A stretch of DNA of 63,903 bases, the filler included, from a bacterium (GTDB lineage Bacteria; UBA9089; CG2-30-40-21; SBAY01), in assembly GCA_040757115.1 (NCBI GenBank). It is 6 parts of 6 records of this genome, joined end to end, with 100 filler letters (N's around TTAATTAATTAA, not from the genome) between each part and the next. Parts side by side here need not be neighbours in the genome. Positions count along the whole stretch, not along the records: positions 54,529 to 63,903 come from JBFLYA010000147.1; 5 more parts are not named here. One strand, 5' to 3'. Made by a program: the position numbers and the translations under genes. Under the pieces are notes generated by a model, which had not been told where the DNA came from, searched no databases, and saw only the letters and a list, made by a program, of their open reading frames with translations. How positions within the stretch are numbered: position 1 is the first letter of the stretch; each line of letters begins with the position of its first letter. This document shows positions 63,902-63,903 of this stretch, piece by piece.

Positions 63902-63903
63902 GC

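Overview
AT-rich bacterial genomic scaffold with several N-gaps; most gaps carry an artificial TTAATTAATTAA linker. The host is probably an anaerobic diderm, judging by PorV, TonB, BamD-like TPR and type IV pilus genes. Core content: mtnP, pilB-pilT-pilC, a complete sat-aprBA-qmoABC dissimilatory sulfur operon, thiC, recQ, bioD, mutL, tRNA-His, a frameshifted lexA, and a PorV-like gene next to a giant CTD-bearing surface protein. Accessory content: (1) an integron-type cassette array without a visible integrase (about 33.2-39.7 kb), mostly toxin-antitoxin cassettes, in which five near-identical attC sites each carry a conserved ~75-bp leader; (2) a dense, nested family of miniature elements with IS66-type GTAA ends and verifiable 8-bp target duplications, some carrying an intact or decaying GxxExxY gene, with the matching IS66 transposase fragment in the window; (3) a secreted protein built from CPxxxT[K/R/E/Q] heptads with ~50 Cys; (4) a pseudo-histidine-kinase fused to PocR-GAF-GAF-HD-GYP. 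All family calls come from motif recognition by eye, with no database searches.
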